Assembly (NCBI GenBank): GCA_964247055.1
Contig: OZ176052.1
Span: forward strand, 13,268,001-13,332,000
DNA: 64,000 bases
Reading direction: 5' to 3'
DNA from: Paragordius varius
Lineage: Eukaryota > Animalia > Nematomorpha
This document shows positions 1 to 11,500 of the stretch, piece after piece. A model generated the notes under the pieces. The model saw only the letters and a program-made list of their open reading frames with translations, was not told the origin of the DNA and ran no database searches. Numbering within the stretch: position 1 is the first letter of the stretch; every line of letters starts with the position of its first letter. The translations under genes and the position numbers were made by a program.

Positions 1-10
1 ATATAGAGAT

Positions 11-101
11 AGTTTGACAAACTCTTTCATATCCGATTTTTACAACGATACTTTAAAAATTATGGTATTAAACCAGTCGCATCAATACTCAAGTTAAACT
101 T
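11..101. repeat. Odd-centred palindromes AGTTTG-A-CAAACT (11-23) and AAGTT-A-AACTT (91-101); the consensus also has ACTAGT (72-77) and TCTTA-G-TAAGA (158-168)
   Basis: Checked by hand base pairing on the consensus monomer. Confidence 0.9.
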
Positions 102-121
102 TGTCCTTAAAAATCGGATAT
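29..121. repeat. Perfect 14-bp inverted repeat in every consensus monomer: ATATCCGATTTTTA (29-42) / TAAAAATCGGATAT (108-121)
   Basis: The arms are exact reverse complements, 65 nt apart within a monomer and 85 nt apart across the monomer junction. Confidence 0.95.
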
Positions 122-138
122 TGGTCACCGGTGAACAA
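121..138. repeat. GC-rich palindrome TCACCGGTGA (125-134), extending to TTG-G-TCACCGGTGA-A-CAA with one mismatched pair
   Basis: Read directly from the sequence; present in most monomers. Confidence 0.93.
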
Positions 139-2029
139 AATTATTTTTTATACATTCTCTTAGCAAGACTACATCAAAATATAGAGATAGTTTGACAAAC
201 TCTTTCATATCCGATTTTTACAACGATACTTTAAAAATTAATGTATTAAACTAGTCGCATCAATACTCAAGTTAAACTTTGTCCTTAAAAATTGGATATT
301 GGTCACCGGTGAACAAAATAATTTTTTATATATTCTTAGCAAGACTACATCAAAATATAGATATAGTTTGACAAACTCTTTCATATCCGATTTTTACAAC
401 GATACTTTAAAAATTAATGTATAAAACTAGTCGTATCAATAAATCGCATCAATACTTAAGTTAAACTTTGTCCTTAAAAATCGGATATTGGTCACCGGTG
501 AACAAAATTATTTTTTATACATTCTCTTAGTAGGACTACATCAAAATATAGAGATAGTTTAGCAAACTCTTTCATATCCGATTTTTACAACGATACTTTA
601 AAAATTAATGTATAAAACTAGTCGCATCAATACTCAAGTTAAACTTTGTCCTTAAAAATTGAATATTGGTCACCGGTGAACAAAATTATTTTTTATACAT
701 TCTCTTAGTAAGACTACATCAAAATATAGAGATAGTTTGAAACTCTTTCATATCCGATTTTTACAACGATACTTTAAAAATTGATGTGTTAAACTAGTCG
801 CATCAATACTCAAGTTAAACTTTGTCCTTAAAAATCGAATATTGGTCACCGGTGAACAAAATTATTTTTTATACATTCTCTTAGTAAGACTACATCAAAA
901 TATAGAGATAGTTTGACAAACTCTTTTATATTCGATTTTTACAACGATACTTTAAAAATTAATGTATAAAACTAGTCGCATCAATACTCAAGTTAAACTT
1001 TATCCGTAATAATCGGATATTGGTCACCGGTGAACAAAATAATTTTTTATACATTCTCTTAGTAAGACTACATCAAAATATAGAGATAGTTTGACAAACT
1101 CTTTCATATCCAATTTTTACAACGATACTTTAAAAATTATGGTATTAAACCAGTCGCATCAATACTCAAGTTAAACTTTGTCCTTAAAAATCGGATATTG
1201 GTCACCGGTGAACATAATTATTTTTTATACATTCTCTTAGTCAGACTACATCAAAATATATAATAGTTTGACAAACTCTTTCATATCTGATTTTTACAAC
1301 GATACTTTAAAAATTAATGTATAAAACTAGTCGCATCAATACTCAAGTTAAACTTTATCCTTAAAAATTGGATATTGGTCACCGGTGAACAAAATAATTT
1401 TTTATACATTCTCTTAGTAAGACTACATCAAAATTTAGAGATAGTTTGACAAACTCTTTCATATCCGATTTTTACAACGATACTTTAAAAATTATGGTAT
1501 TAAACTAGTCGCATCAATACTCAAATTTAACTTTGTCCTTAAAAATCGGATATTGGTCACCGGTGAACAAAATTATTTTTTATATATTCTCTTAGCAAGA
1601 CTACATCAAAATATAGAGATAGTTTGACAAACTCTTTCATACCGATTTTTACAACGATACTTTAAAAATTAATGTATAAAACTAGTCGTATCAATAAATC
1701 GCATCAATACTCAAGTTAAACTTTGTCCTTAAAAATCGGATATTGGTCACCGGTGAACAAAATTATTTTTTATACATTCTCTTAGTAGGACTACATCAAA
1801 ATATAGAGATAGTTTAGCAAACTCTTTCATATCCGATTTTTAAAACGATACTTTAAAAATTAATATAAAACTAGTCGCATCAATACTCAAGTTAAACTTT
1901 GTCCTTAAAAATCGAATATTGGTCACCGGTGAACAAAATTATTTTTTATACATTCTCTTAGTAAGACTACATCAAAATATAGAGATAGTTTGAAACTCTT
2001 TCATATCCGATTTTGACAACGATACTTTA

Positions 2030-5000
2030 AAAATTAATGTGTTAAACTAGTCGCATCAATACTCAAGTTAAACTTTGTCCTTAAAAATTGGATATTGGTC
2101 ACCGGTGAACAAAATTATTTTTTATACATTCTCTTAGTAAGACTACATCAAAATATAGAGATAGTTTGACAAACTCTTTCATATCCGATTTTAACAACGA
2201 TACTTTAAAAATTAATGTATTAAACTAGTCGCATCAATACTCAAGTTAAACTTTGTCCTTAAAAATCGGATATTGGTCACCGGTGAACAAAATAATTTTT
2301 TATACATTCTCTTAGCAAGACTACATCAAAATTTAGAGATAGTTTGACAAACTCTTTCATATCCGATTTTTACAACGATACTTTAAAAATTATGGTATTA
2401 AACTAGTCGCATCAATACTCAAGTTAAACTTTGTCCTTAAAAATCGGATATTGGTCACCGGTGAACAAAATTATTTTTTATATATTCTCTTAGCAAGACT
2501 ACATCAAAATATAGAGATAGTTTGACAAACTCTTTCATACCGATTTTTACAACGATACTTTATAAATTATGGTATTAAACCAGTCGCATCAATACTCAAG
2601 TTAAACTTTGTCCTTAAAAATCGGATATTGGTCACCGGTGAACAAAATTATTTTTTATACATTCTCTTAGTAAGACTACATCAAAATATATAGATAGTTT
2701 GACAAACTCTTTCATATCCGATTTTTACAACGATACTTTAAAAATTATGGTATTAAACCAGTCGCATCAATACTCAAGTTAAACTTTGTCCTTAAAAATC
2801 GGATATTGGTCACCGGTGAACAAAATTATTTTTTATACATTCTCTTAGTAAGACTACATCAAAATATAGAGATTGTTTGACAAACTCTTTCATATCCGAT
2901 TTTTACAACGATACTTTAAAAATTAATGTATAAAACTAGTCGTATCAATAAATCGCATCAATACTCAAGTTAAACTTTGTCCTTAAAAATCGGATATTGG
3001 TCACCGGTGAACAAAATTATTTTTTATACATTCTCTTAGTAGGACTACATCAAAATATAGAGATAGTTTAGCAAACTCTTTCATATCCGATTTTTACAAC
3101 GATACTTTAAAAATTAATGTATAAAACTAGTCGCATCAATACTCAAGTTAAACTTTGTCCTTAAAAATTGAATATTGGTCACCGGTGAACAAAATTATTT
3201 TTTATACATTCTCTTAGTAAGACTACATCAAAATATAGAGATAGTTTGAAACTCTTTCATATCCGATTTTTACAACGATACTTTAAAAATTAATGTGTTA
3301 AACTAGTCGCATCAATACTCAAGTTAAACTTTGTCCTTAAAAATCGAATATTGGTCACCGGTGAACAAAATTATTTTTTATACATTCTCTTAGTAAGACT
3401 ACATCAAAATATAGAGATAGTTTGACAAACTCTTTTATATTCGATTTTTACAACGATACTTTAAAAATTAATGTATAAAACTAGTCGCATCAATACTCAA
3501 GTTAAACTTTATCCGTAATAATCGGATATTGGTCACCGGTGAACAAAATAATTTTTTATACATTCTCTTAGTAAGACTACATCAAAATATAGAGATAGTT
3601 TGACAAACTCTTTCATATCCAATTTTTACAACGATACTTTAAAAATTATGGTATTAAACCAGTCGCATCAATACTCAAGTTAAACTTTGTCCTTAAAAAT
3701 CGGATATTGGTCACCGGTGAACATAATTATTTTTTATACATTCTCTTAGTCAGACTACATCAAAATATATAATAGTTTGACAAACTCTTTCATATCTGAT
3801 TTTTACAACGATACTTTAAAAATTAATGTGTTAAACTAGTCGCATCAATACTCAAGTTAAACTTTGTCCTTAAAAATTGGATATTGGTCACCGGTGAACA
3901 AAATTATTTTTTATACATTCTCTTAGTAAGACTACATCAAAATATAGAGATAGTTTGACAAACTCTTTCATATCCGATTTTAACAACGATACTTTAAAAA
4001 TTAATGTATTAAACTAGTCGCATCAATACTCAAGTTAAACTTTGTCCTTAAAAATCGGATATTGGTCACCGGTGAACAAAATAATTTTTTATACATTCTC
4101 TTAGCAAGACTACATCAAAATTTAGAGATAGTTTGACAAACTCTTTCATATCCGATTTTTACAACGATACTTTAAAAATTATGGTATTAAACTAGTCGCA
4201 TCAATACTCAAATTAAACTTTGTCCTTAAAAATCGGATATTGGTCACCGGTGAACAAAATTATTTTTTATATATTCTCTTAGCAAGACTACATCAAAATA
4301 TAGAGATAGTTTGACAAACTCTTTCATACCGATTTTTACAACGATACTTTAAAAATTATGGTATTAAACCAGTCGCATCAATACTCAAGTTAAACTTTGT
4401 CCTTAAAAATCGGATATTGGTCACCGGTGAACAAAATTATTTTTTATACATTCTCTTAGTAAGACTACATCAAAATATATAGATAGTTTGACAAACTCTT
4501 TCATATCCGATTTTTACAACGATACTTTAAAAATTATGGTATTAAACCAGTCGCATCAATACTCAAGTTAAACTTTGTCCTTAAAAATCGGATATTGGTC
4601 ACCGGTGAACAAAATTATTTTTTATATATTCTCTTAGCAAGACTACATCAAAATATAGAGATAGTTTGACAAACTCTTTCATACCGATTTTTACAACGAT
4701 ACTTTAAAAATTAATGTATAAAACTAGTCGTATCAATAAATCGCATCAATACTCAAGTTAAACTTTGTCCTTAAAAATCGGATATTGGTCACCGGTGAAC
4801 AAAATTATTTTTTATACATTCTCTTAGTAGGACTACATCAAAATATAGAGATAGTTTAGCAAACTCTTTCATATCCGATTTTTACAACGATACTTTAAAA
4901 ATTAATGTATAAAACTAGTCGCATCAATACTCAAGTTAAACTTTGTCCTTAAAAATTGAATATTGGTCACCGGTGAACAAAATTATTTTTTATACATTCT

Positions 5001-5210
5001 CTTAGTAAGACTACATCAAAATATAGAGATAGTTTGAAACTCTTTCATATCCGATTTTTACAACGATACTTTAAAAATTAATGTGTTAAACTAGTCGCAT
5101 CAATACTCAAGTTAAACTTTGTCCTTAAAAATCGAATATTGGTCACCGGTGAACAAAATTATTTTTTATACATTCTCTTAGTAAGACTACATCAAAATAT
5201 AGAGATAGTT
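2030..5210 (+). repeat. 10-monomer higher-order repeat, period about 1789 bp, about 1.8 copies
   Basis: Shared variants TTAACAAC, AATTTAGAG, CATACCG (2531/4320), 13-bp insertion (2940/4728), TTTAGC, TGAAACT and TCGAAT recur at offsets 1788-1789. Confidence 0.8.
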
Positions 5211-6949
5211 TGACAAACTCTTTCATATCCGATTTTTACAACGATACTTTAAAAATTAATGTGTTAAACTAGTCGCATCAATACTCAAGTTAAACTTTGT
5301 CCTTAAAAATCGAATATTGGTCACCGGTGAACAAAATTATTTTTTATACATTCTCTTAGTAAGACTACATCAAAATATAGAGATAGTTTGACAAACTCTT
5401 TTATATTCGATTTTTACAACGATACTTTAAAAATTAATGTATTAAACTAGTCGCATCAATACTCAAGTTAAACTTTGTCCTTAAAAATCGGATATTGGTC
5501 ACCGGTGAACAAAATAATTTTTTATACATTCTCTTAGCAAGACTACATCAAAATTTAGAGATAGTTTGACAAACTCTTTCATATCCGATTTTTACAACGA
5601 TACTTTAAAAATTATGGTATTAAACTAGTCGCATCAATACTCAAATTAAACTTTGTCCTTAAAAATCGGATATTGGTCACCGGTGAACAAAATTATTTTT
5701 TATACATTCTCTTAGTAAGACTACATCAAAATATATAGATAGTTTGACAAACTCTTTCATATCCGATTTTTACAACGATACTTTAAAAATTATGGTATTA
5801 AACCAGTCGCATCAATACTCAAGTTAAACTTTGTCCTTAAAAATCGGATATTGGTCACCGGTGAACAAAATTATTTTTTATACATTCTCTTAGTAAGACT
5901 ACATCAAAATATAGAGATTGTTTGACAAACTCTTTCATATCCGATTTTTACAACGATACTTTAAAAATTAATGTATAAAACTAGTCGCATCAATACTCAA
6001 GTTAAACTTTATCCTTAAAAATTGGATATTGGTCACCGGTGAACAAAATTATTTTTTATACATTCTCTTAGTAAGACTACATCAAAATATAGAGATAGTT
6101 TGACAAACTCTTTCATATCCGATTTTTACAACGATACTTTAAAAATTAATGTGTTAAACTAGTGGCATCAATACTCAAGTTAAACTTTGTCCTTAAAAAT
6201 CGGATATTGGTCACCGGTGAACAAAATTATTTTCTATACATTCTCTTAGTAATTACATCAAAATATAGAGATAGTTTGACAAACTCTTTCATATCCGATT
6301 TTTACAACGATACATTAAAAATTACTGTATTAAACTAGTCGCATCAATACTCAAGTTAAACTTTGTCCTTAAAAATCGGATATTGGTCACCGGTGAACAA
6401 AATAATTTTTTATACATTCTCTAAGTAAGACTACATCAAAATATAGAGATAGTTTGACAAACTCTTTCATATCCGATTTTTACAACGATACTTTAAAAAT
6501 TAATGTATTAAACTAGTCGCATCAATACTCAAGTTAAACTTTGTCCTTAAAAATCGGATATTGGTCACCGGTGAACAAAATTATTTTTTATACATTCTCT
6601 TAGCAAGACTACATCAAAATATAGAGATAGTTTGACAAACTCTTTCATATCCGATTTTTACAACGATACTTTATAAATTAATGTATAAAACTAGTCGCAT
6701 CAATACTCAAGTTAAACTTTGTCCTTAAAAATCGGATATTGGTCACCGGTGAACAAAATACTTTTTTATACATTCTCTTAGTAACTACATCCAAATATAG
6801 AGATATTTTGACAAACTCTTTCATATCCGATTTTTACAACGATACTTTAAAAATTACTGTATTAAACTAGTCGCATCAATACTCAAGTTAAACTTTGTCC
6901 TTAAAAATCGGATATTGGTCACCGGCGAACAAAATAATTTTTTATACAT

Positions 6950-9830
6950 TCTCTTAGTAAGACTACATCAAAATATAGAGATAGTTTGACAAACTCTTTC
7001 ATCTCCGATTTTTACAACGATACTTTAAAAATTAATGTATAAAACTAGTCGCATCAATACTCAAGTTAAACTTTGTCCTTAAAAATCGGATATTGGTCAC
7101 CGGTGAACAAAATTATTTTTTATACATTCTCTTAGTAAGACTACATCAAAATATAGAGATAGTTTGACAAACTCTTTCATATCCGATTTTTACAACGATA
7201 CTTTAAAAATTAATGTATTAAACTAGTCGCATCAATACTCAAGTTAAACTTTGTCCTTAAAAATCGGATATTGGTTACCGGTGAACAAAATTATTTTTTA
7301 TACATTCTCTTAGTAAGACTACATCAAAATATAGAGATTGTTTGACAAACTCTTTCATATCCGATTTTTACTACGATACTTTAAAAATTACTGTATTAAA
7401 CTAGTCGCATCAATACTCAAGTTAAACTTTGTCCTTAAAAATCGGATATTGGTCACCGGTGAACAAAATTATTTTTTATACATTCTCTTAGTAAGACTAC
7501 ATCAAAATATAGAGATAGTTTGACAAACTCTTTCATATCCGATTTTTACAACGATACTTTAAAAATTAATGTTTTAAACTAGTCGCATCAATACTCAAGT
7601 TAAACTTTGTCCTTAAAAATCGGATATTGGTCACCGGTGAACAAAATTATTTTTTATACATTCTCTTAGTAAGACTACATCAAAATATAGAGATTGTTTG
7701 ACAAACTCTTTCATATCCGATTTTTACAACGATACTTTAAAAATTAATGTATAAAACTAGTCGCATCAATACTCAAGTTAAACTTTATCCTTAAAAATTG
7801 GATATTGGTCACCGGTGAACAAAATAATTTTTTATACATTCTCTTAGTAAGACTACATCAAAATATAGAGATAGTTTGACAAACTCTTTCATCTCCGATT
7901 TTTACAACGATACTTTAAAAATTAATGTATAAAACTAGTCGCATCAATACTCAAGTTAAACTTTGTCCTTAAAAATCGGATATTGGTCACCGGTGAACAA
8001 AATTATTTTTTGTACATTCTCTTAGTAAGACTACATCAAAATATAGAGATAGTTTGACAAACTCTTTCATATCCGATTTTTACAACGATACTTTAAAAAT
8101 TAATGTATTAAACTAGTCGCATCAATACTCAAGTTAAACTTTGTCCTTAAAAATCGGATATTGGTCACCGGTGAACAAAATTATTTTTTATACATTCTCT
8201 TAGTAAGACTACATCAAAATATAGAGATAGTTTGACAAACTCTTTCATCTCCGATTTTTACAACGATACTTTAAAAATTAATGTATAAACCTAGTCGCAT
8301 CAATACTCAAGTTAAACTTTGTCCTTGAAAATCGGATATTGGTCACCGGTGAACAAAATTATTTTTTAAACATTCTCTTAGTAAGACTACATCAAAATAT
8401 AGAGATAGTTTGACAAACTCTTTCATCTCCGATTTTTACAACGATACTTTAAAAATTAATGTATAAAACTAGTCGCATCAATACTCAAGTTAAACTTTGT
8501 CCTTAAAAATCGGATATTGGTCACCGGTGAACAAAATTATTTTTTATACATTCTCTTAGTAAGACTACATCAAAATATAGAGATAGTTTGACAAACTCTT
8601 TCATATCCGATTTTTACAACGATACTTTAAAAATTAATGTATTAAACTAGTCGCATCAATACTCAAGTTAAACTTTGTCCTTAAAAATCGGATATTGGTT
8701 ACCGGTGAACAAAATTATTTTTTATACATTCTCTTAGTAAGACTACATCAAAATATAGAGATTGTTTGACAAACTCTTTCATATCCGATTTTTACTACGA
8801 TACTTTAAAAATTACTGTATTAAACTAGTCGCATCAATACTCAAGTTAAACTTTGTCCTTAAAAATCGGATATTGGTCACCGGTGAACAAAATTATTTTT
8901 TATACATTCTCTTAGTAAGACTACATCAAAATATAGAGATAGTTTGACAAACTCTTTCATATCCGATTTTTACAACGATACTTTAAAAATTAATGTATTA
9001 AACTAGTCGCATCAATACTCAAGTTAAACTTTGTCCTTAAAAATCGGATATTGGTCACCGGTGAACAAAATTATTTTTTATACATTCTCTTAGTAAGACT
9101 ACATCAAAATATAGAGATTGTTTGACAAACTCTTTCATATCCGATTTTTACAACGATACTTTAAAAATTAATGTATAAAACTAGTCGCATCAATACTCAA
9201 GTTAAACTTTATCCTTAAAAATTGGATATTGGTCACCGGTGAACAAAATAATTTTTTATACATTCTCTTAGTAAGACTACATCAAAATATAGAGATAGTT
9301 TGACAAACTCTTTCATCTCCGATTTTTACAACGATACTTTAAAAATTAATGTATAAAACTAGTCGCATCAATACTCAAGTTAAACTTTGTCCTTAAAAAT
9401 CGGATATTGGTCACCTGTGAACAAAATTATTTTTTGTACATTCTCTTAGTAAGACTACATCAAAATATAGAGATAGTTTGACAAACTCTTTCATATCCGA
9501 TTTTTACAACGATACTTTAAAAATTAATGTATTAAACTAGTCGCATCAATACTCAAGTTAAACTTTGTCCTTAAAAATCGGATATTGGTCACCGGTGAAC
9601 AAAATTATTTTTTATACATTCTCTTAGTAAGACTACATCAAAATATAGAGATAGTTTGACAAACTCTTTCATCTCCGATTTTTACAACGATACTTTAAAA
9701 ATTAATGTATAAACCTAGTCGCATCAATACTCAAGTTAAACTTTGTCCTTAAAAATCGGATATTGGTCACCGGTGAACAAAATTATTTTTTTAAACATTC
9801 TCTTAGTAAGACTACATCAAAATATAGAGA
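6950..9830 (+). repeat. 8-monomer higher-order repeat, period 1424 bp (8x178), 2 copies
   Basis: ATCTCC 7001/8425, GGTTACC, TACTACG, pseudo-ORFs 7338/8762, TTGTAC 8012/9436 and AAACCTAG 8290/9714 all recur at offset 1424. Confidence 0.93.
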
Positions 9831-10619
9831 TAGTTTGACAAACTCTTTCATATCCGATTTTTACAACGATACTTTAAAAATTAATGTATTAAACTAGTCG
9901 CATCAATACTCAAGTTAAACTTTGTCCTTAAAAATCGGATATTGGTCACCAGTGAACAAAATTATTTTTTATACATTCTCTTAGTAAGACTACATCAAAA
10001 TATAGAGATTGTTTGACAAACTCTTTCATATCCGATTTTTACAACGATACTTTAAAAATTACTGTATTAAACTAGTCGCATCAATACTCAAGTTAAACTT
10101 TGTCCTTAAAAATCGGATATTGGTCACCGGTGAACAAAATTATTTTTTATACATTCTCTTAGTAAGACTACCTCAAAATATAGAGATAGTTTGACAAACT
10201 CTTTCATATCCGATTTTTACAACGATACTTTAAAAATTAATGTATTAAACTAGTCGCATCAATACTCAAGTTAAACTTTGTCCTTAAAAATCGGATATTG
10301 GTCACCGGTGAACAAAATTATTTTTTATACATTCTCTTAGTAAGACTACATCAAAATATAGAGATTGCTTGACAAACTCTTTCATATCCGATTTTTACAA
10401 CGATACTTTAAAAATTAATGTATAAAACTAGTCGCATCAATACTCAAGTTAAACTTTATCCTTAAAAATTGGATATTGGTCACCGGTGAACAAAATAATT
10501 TTTTATACATTCTCTTAGTAAGACTACATCAAAATATAGAGATAGTTTGACAAACTCTTTCATCTCCGATTTTTACAACGGTACTTTAAAAATTAATGTA
10601 TAAAACTAGTCGCATCAAT

Positions 10620-11500
10620 ATTCAAGTTAAACTTTGTCCTTAAAAATCGGATATTGGTCACCGGTGAACAAAATAATTTTTTATACATTCTCTTAGCAAG
10701 ACTACATCAAAATTTAGAGATAGTTTGACAAACTCTTTCATATCCGATTTTTACAACGATACTTTAAAAATTATGGTATTAAACTAGTCGCATCAATACT
10801 CAAGTTAAACTTTATCCGTAATAATCGGATATTGGTCACCGGTGAACAAAATTATTTTTTATACATTCTCTTAGTAGGACTACATCAAAATATAGAGATA
10901 GTTTAGCAAACTCTTTCATATCCGATTTTTACAACGATACTTTAAAAATTAATGTATAAAACTAGTCGCATCAATACTCAAGTTAAACTTTGTCCTTAAA
11001 AATCGGATATTGGTCACCGGTGAACAAAATAATTTTTTATACATTCTCTTAGTAAGACTACATCAAAATATAGAGATAGTTTGACAAACTCTTTCATATC
11101 CGATTTTTACAACGATACTTTAAAAATTAATGTATTAAACTAGTCGCATCAATACTCAAGTTAAACTTTGTCCTTAAAAATCGGATATTGGTCACCTGTG
11201 AACAAAATAATTTTTTATACATTCTCTTAGCAAGACTACATCAAAATTTAGAGATAGTTTGACAAACTCTTTCATATCCGATTTTTACAACGATACTTTA
11301 AAAATTATGGTATTAAACTAGTCGCATCAATACTCAAGTTAAACTTTATCCGTAATAATCGGATATTGGTCACCGGTGAACAAAATTATTTTTTATACAT
11401 TCTCTTAGTAGGACTACATCAAAATATAGAGATAGTTTAGCAAACTCTTTCATATCCGATTTTTACAACGATACTTTAAAAATTAATGTATAAAACTAGT
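10620..11500 (+). repeat. 3-monomer duplication, period 534 bp
   Basis: AATTTAGAG, TTTATCCGTAATAA (10811/11345), TAGGACT and TTTAGC recur at offset 534. Confidence 0.8.

Larger units (their letters stand above)
1..178 (+). repeat. Representative monomer (phase arbitrary); one DraI site TTTAAA (52-57) and one AgeI/SgrAI/BstEII cluster (123-133) per consensus monomer
   Basis: Read directly from the sequence. This copy carries the TATGGT, CCAG and TAGCAAG variants relative to consensus. Confidence 0.97.

Noticed and set aside
8-107. Ancient 80-90 bp sub-repeat (AGTTTGACAAACTCTTTC vs AGTTAAACTTTGTCC)
   Set aside because: Similarity is limited to short AGTT/AAACT motifs in AT-rich DNA, and I could not extend an alignment by hand.
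122-137. TGGTCA-CCGG-TGAACA resembling an inverted nuclear-receptor element
   Set aside because: The half-sites lack the leading purine of RGKTCA and there is no gene context. The resemblance follows from the palindrome and is unsupported.
1-178. CENP-B box, or identity with Arabidopsis CEN178 or alpha satellite
   Set aside because: There is no TTCG...CGGG pattern on either strand of the consensus. The match to CEN178 is in length only, with no sequence resemblance that I can see.
37-179. Helically phased A/T tracts (intrinsic curvature)
   Set aside because: Tracts at about 37, 52, 109, 137, 144 and 176 show no clear 10-11 bp spacing by eye; a curvature calculation would be needed.
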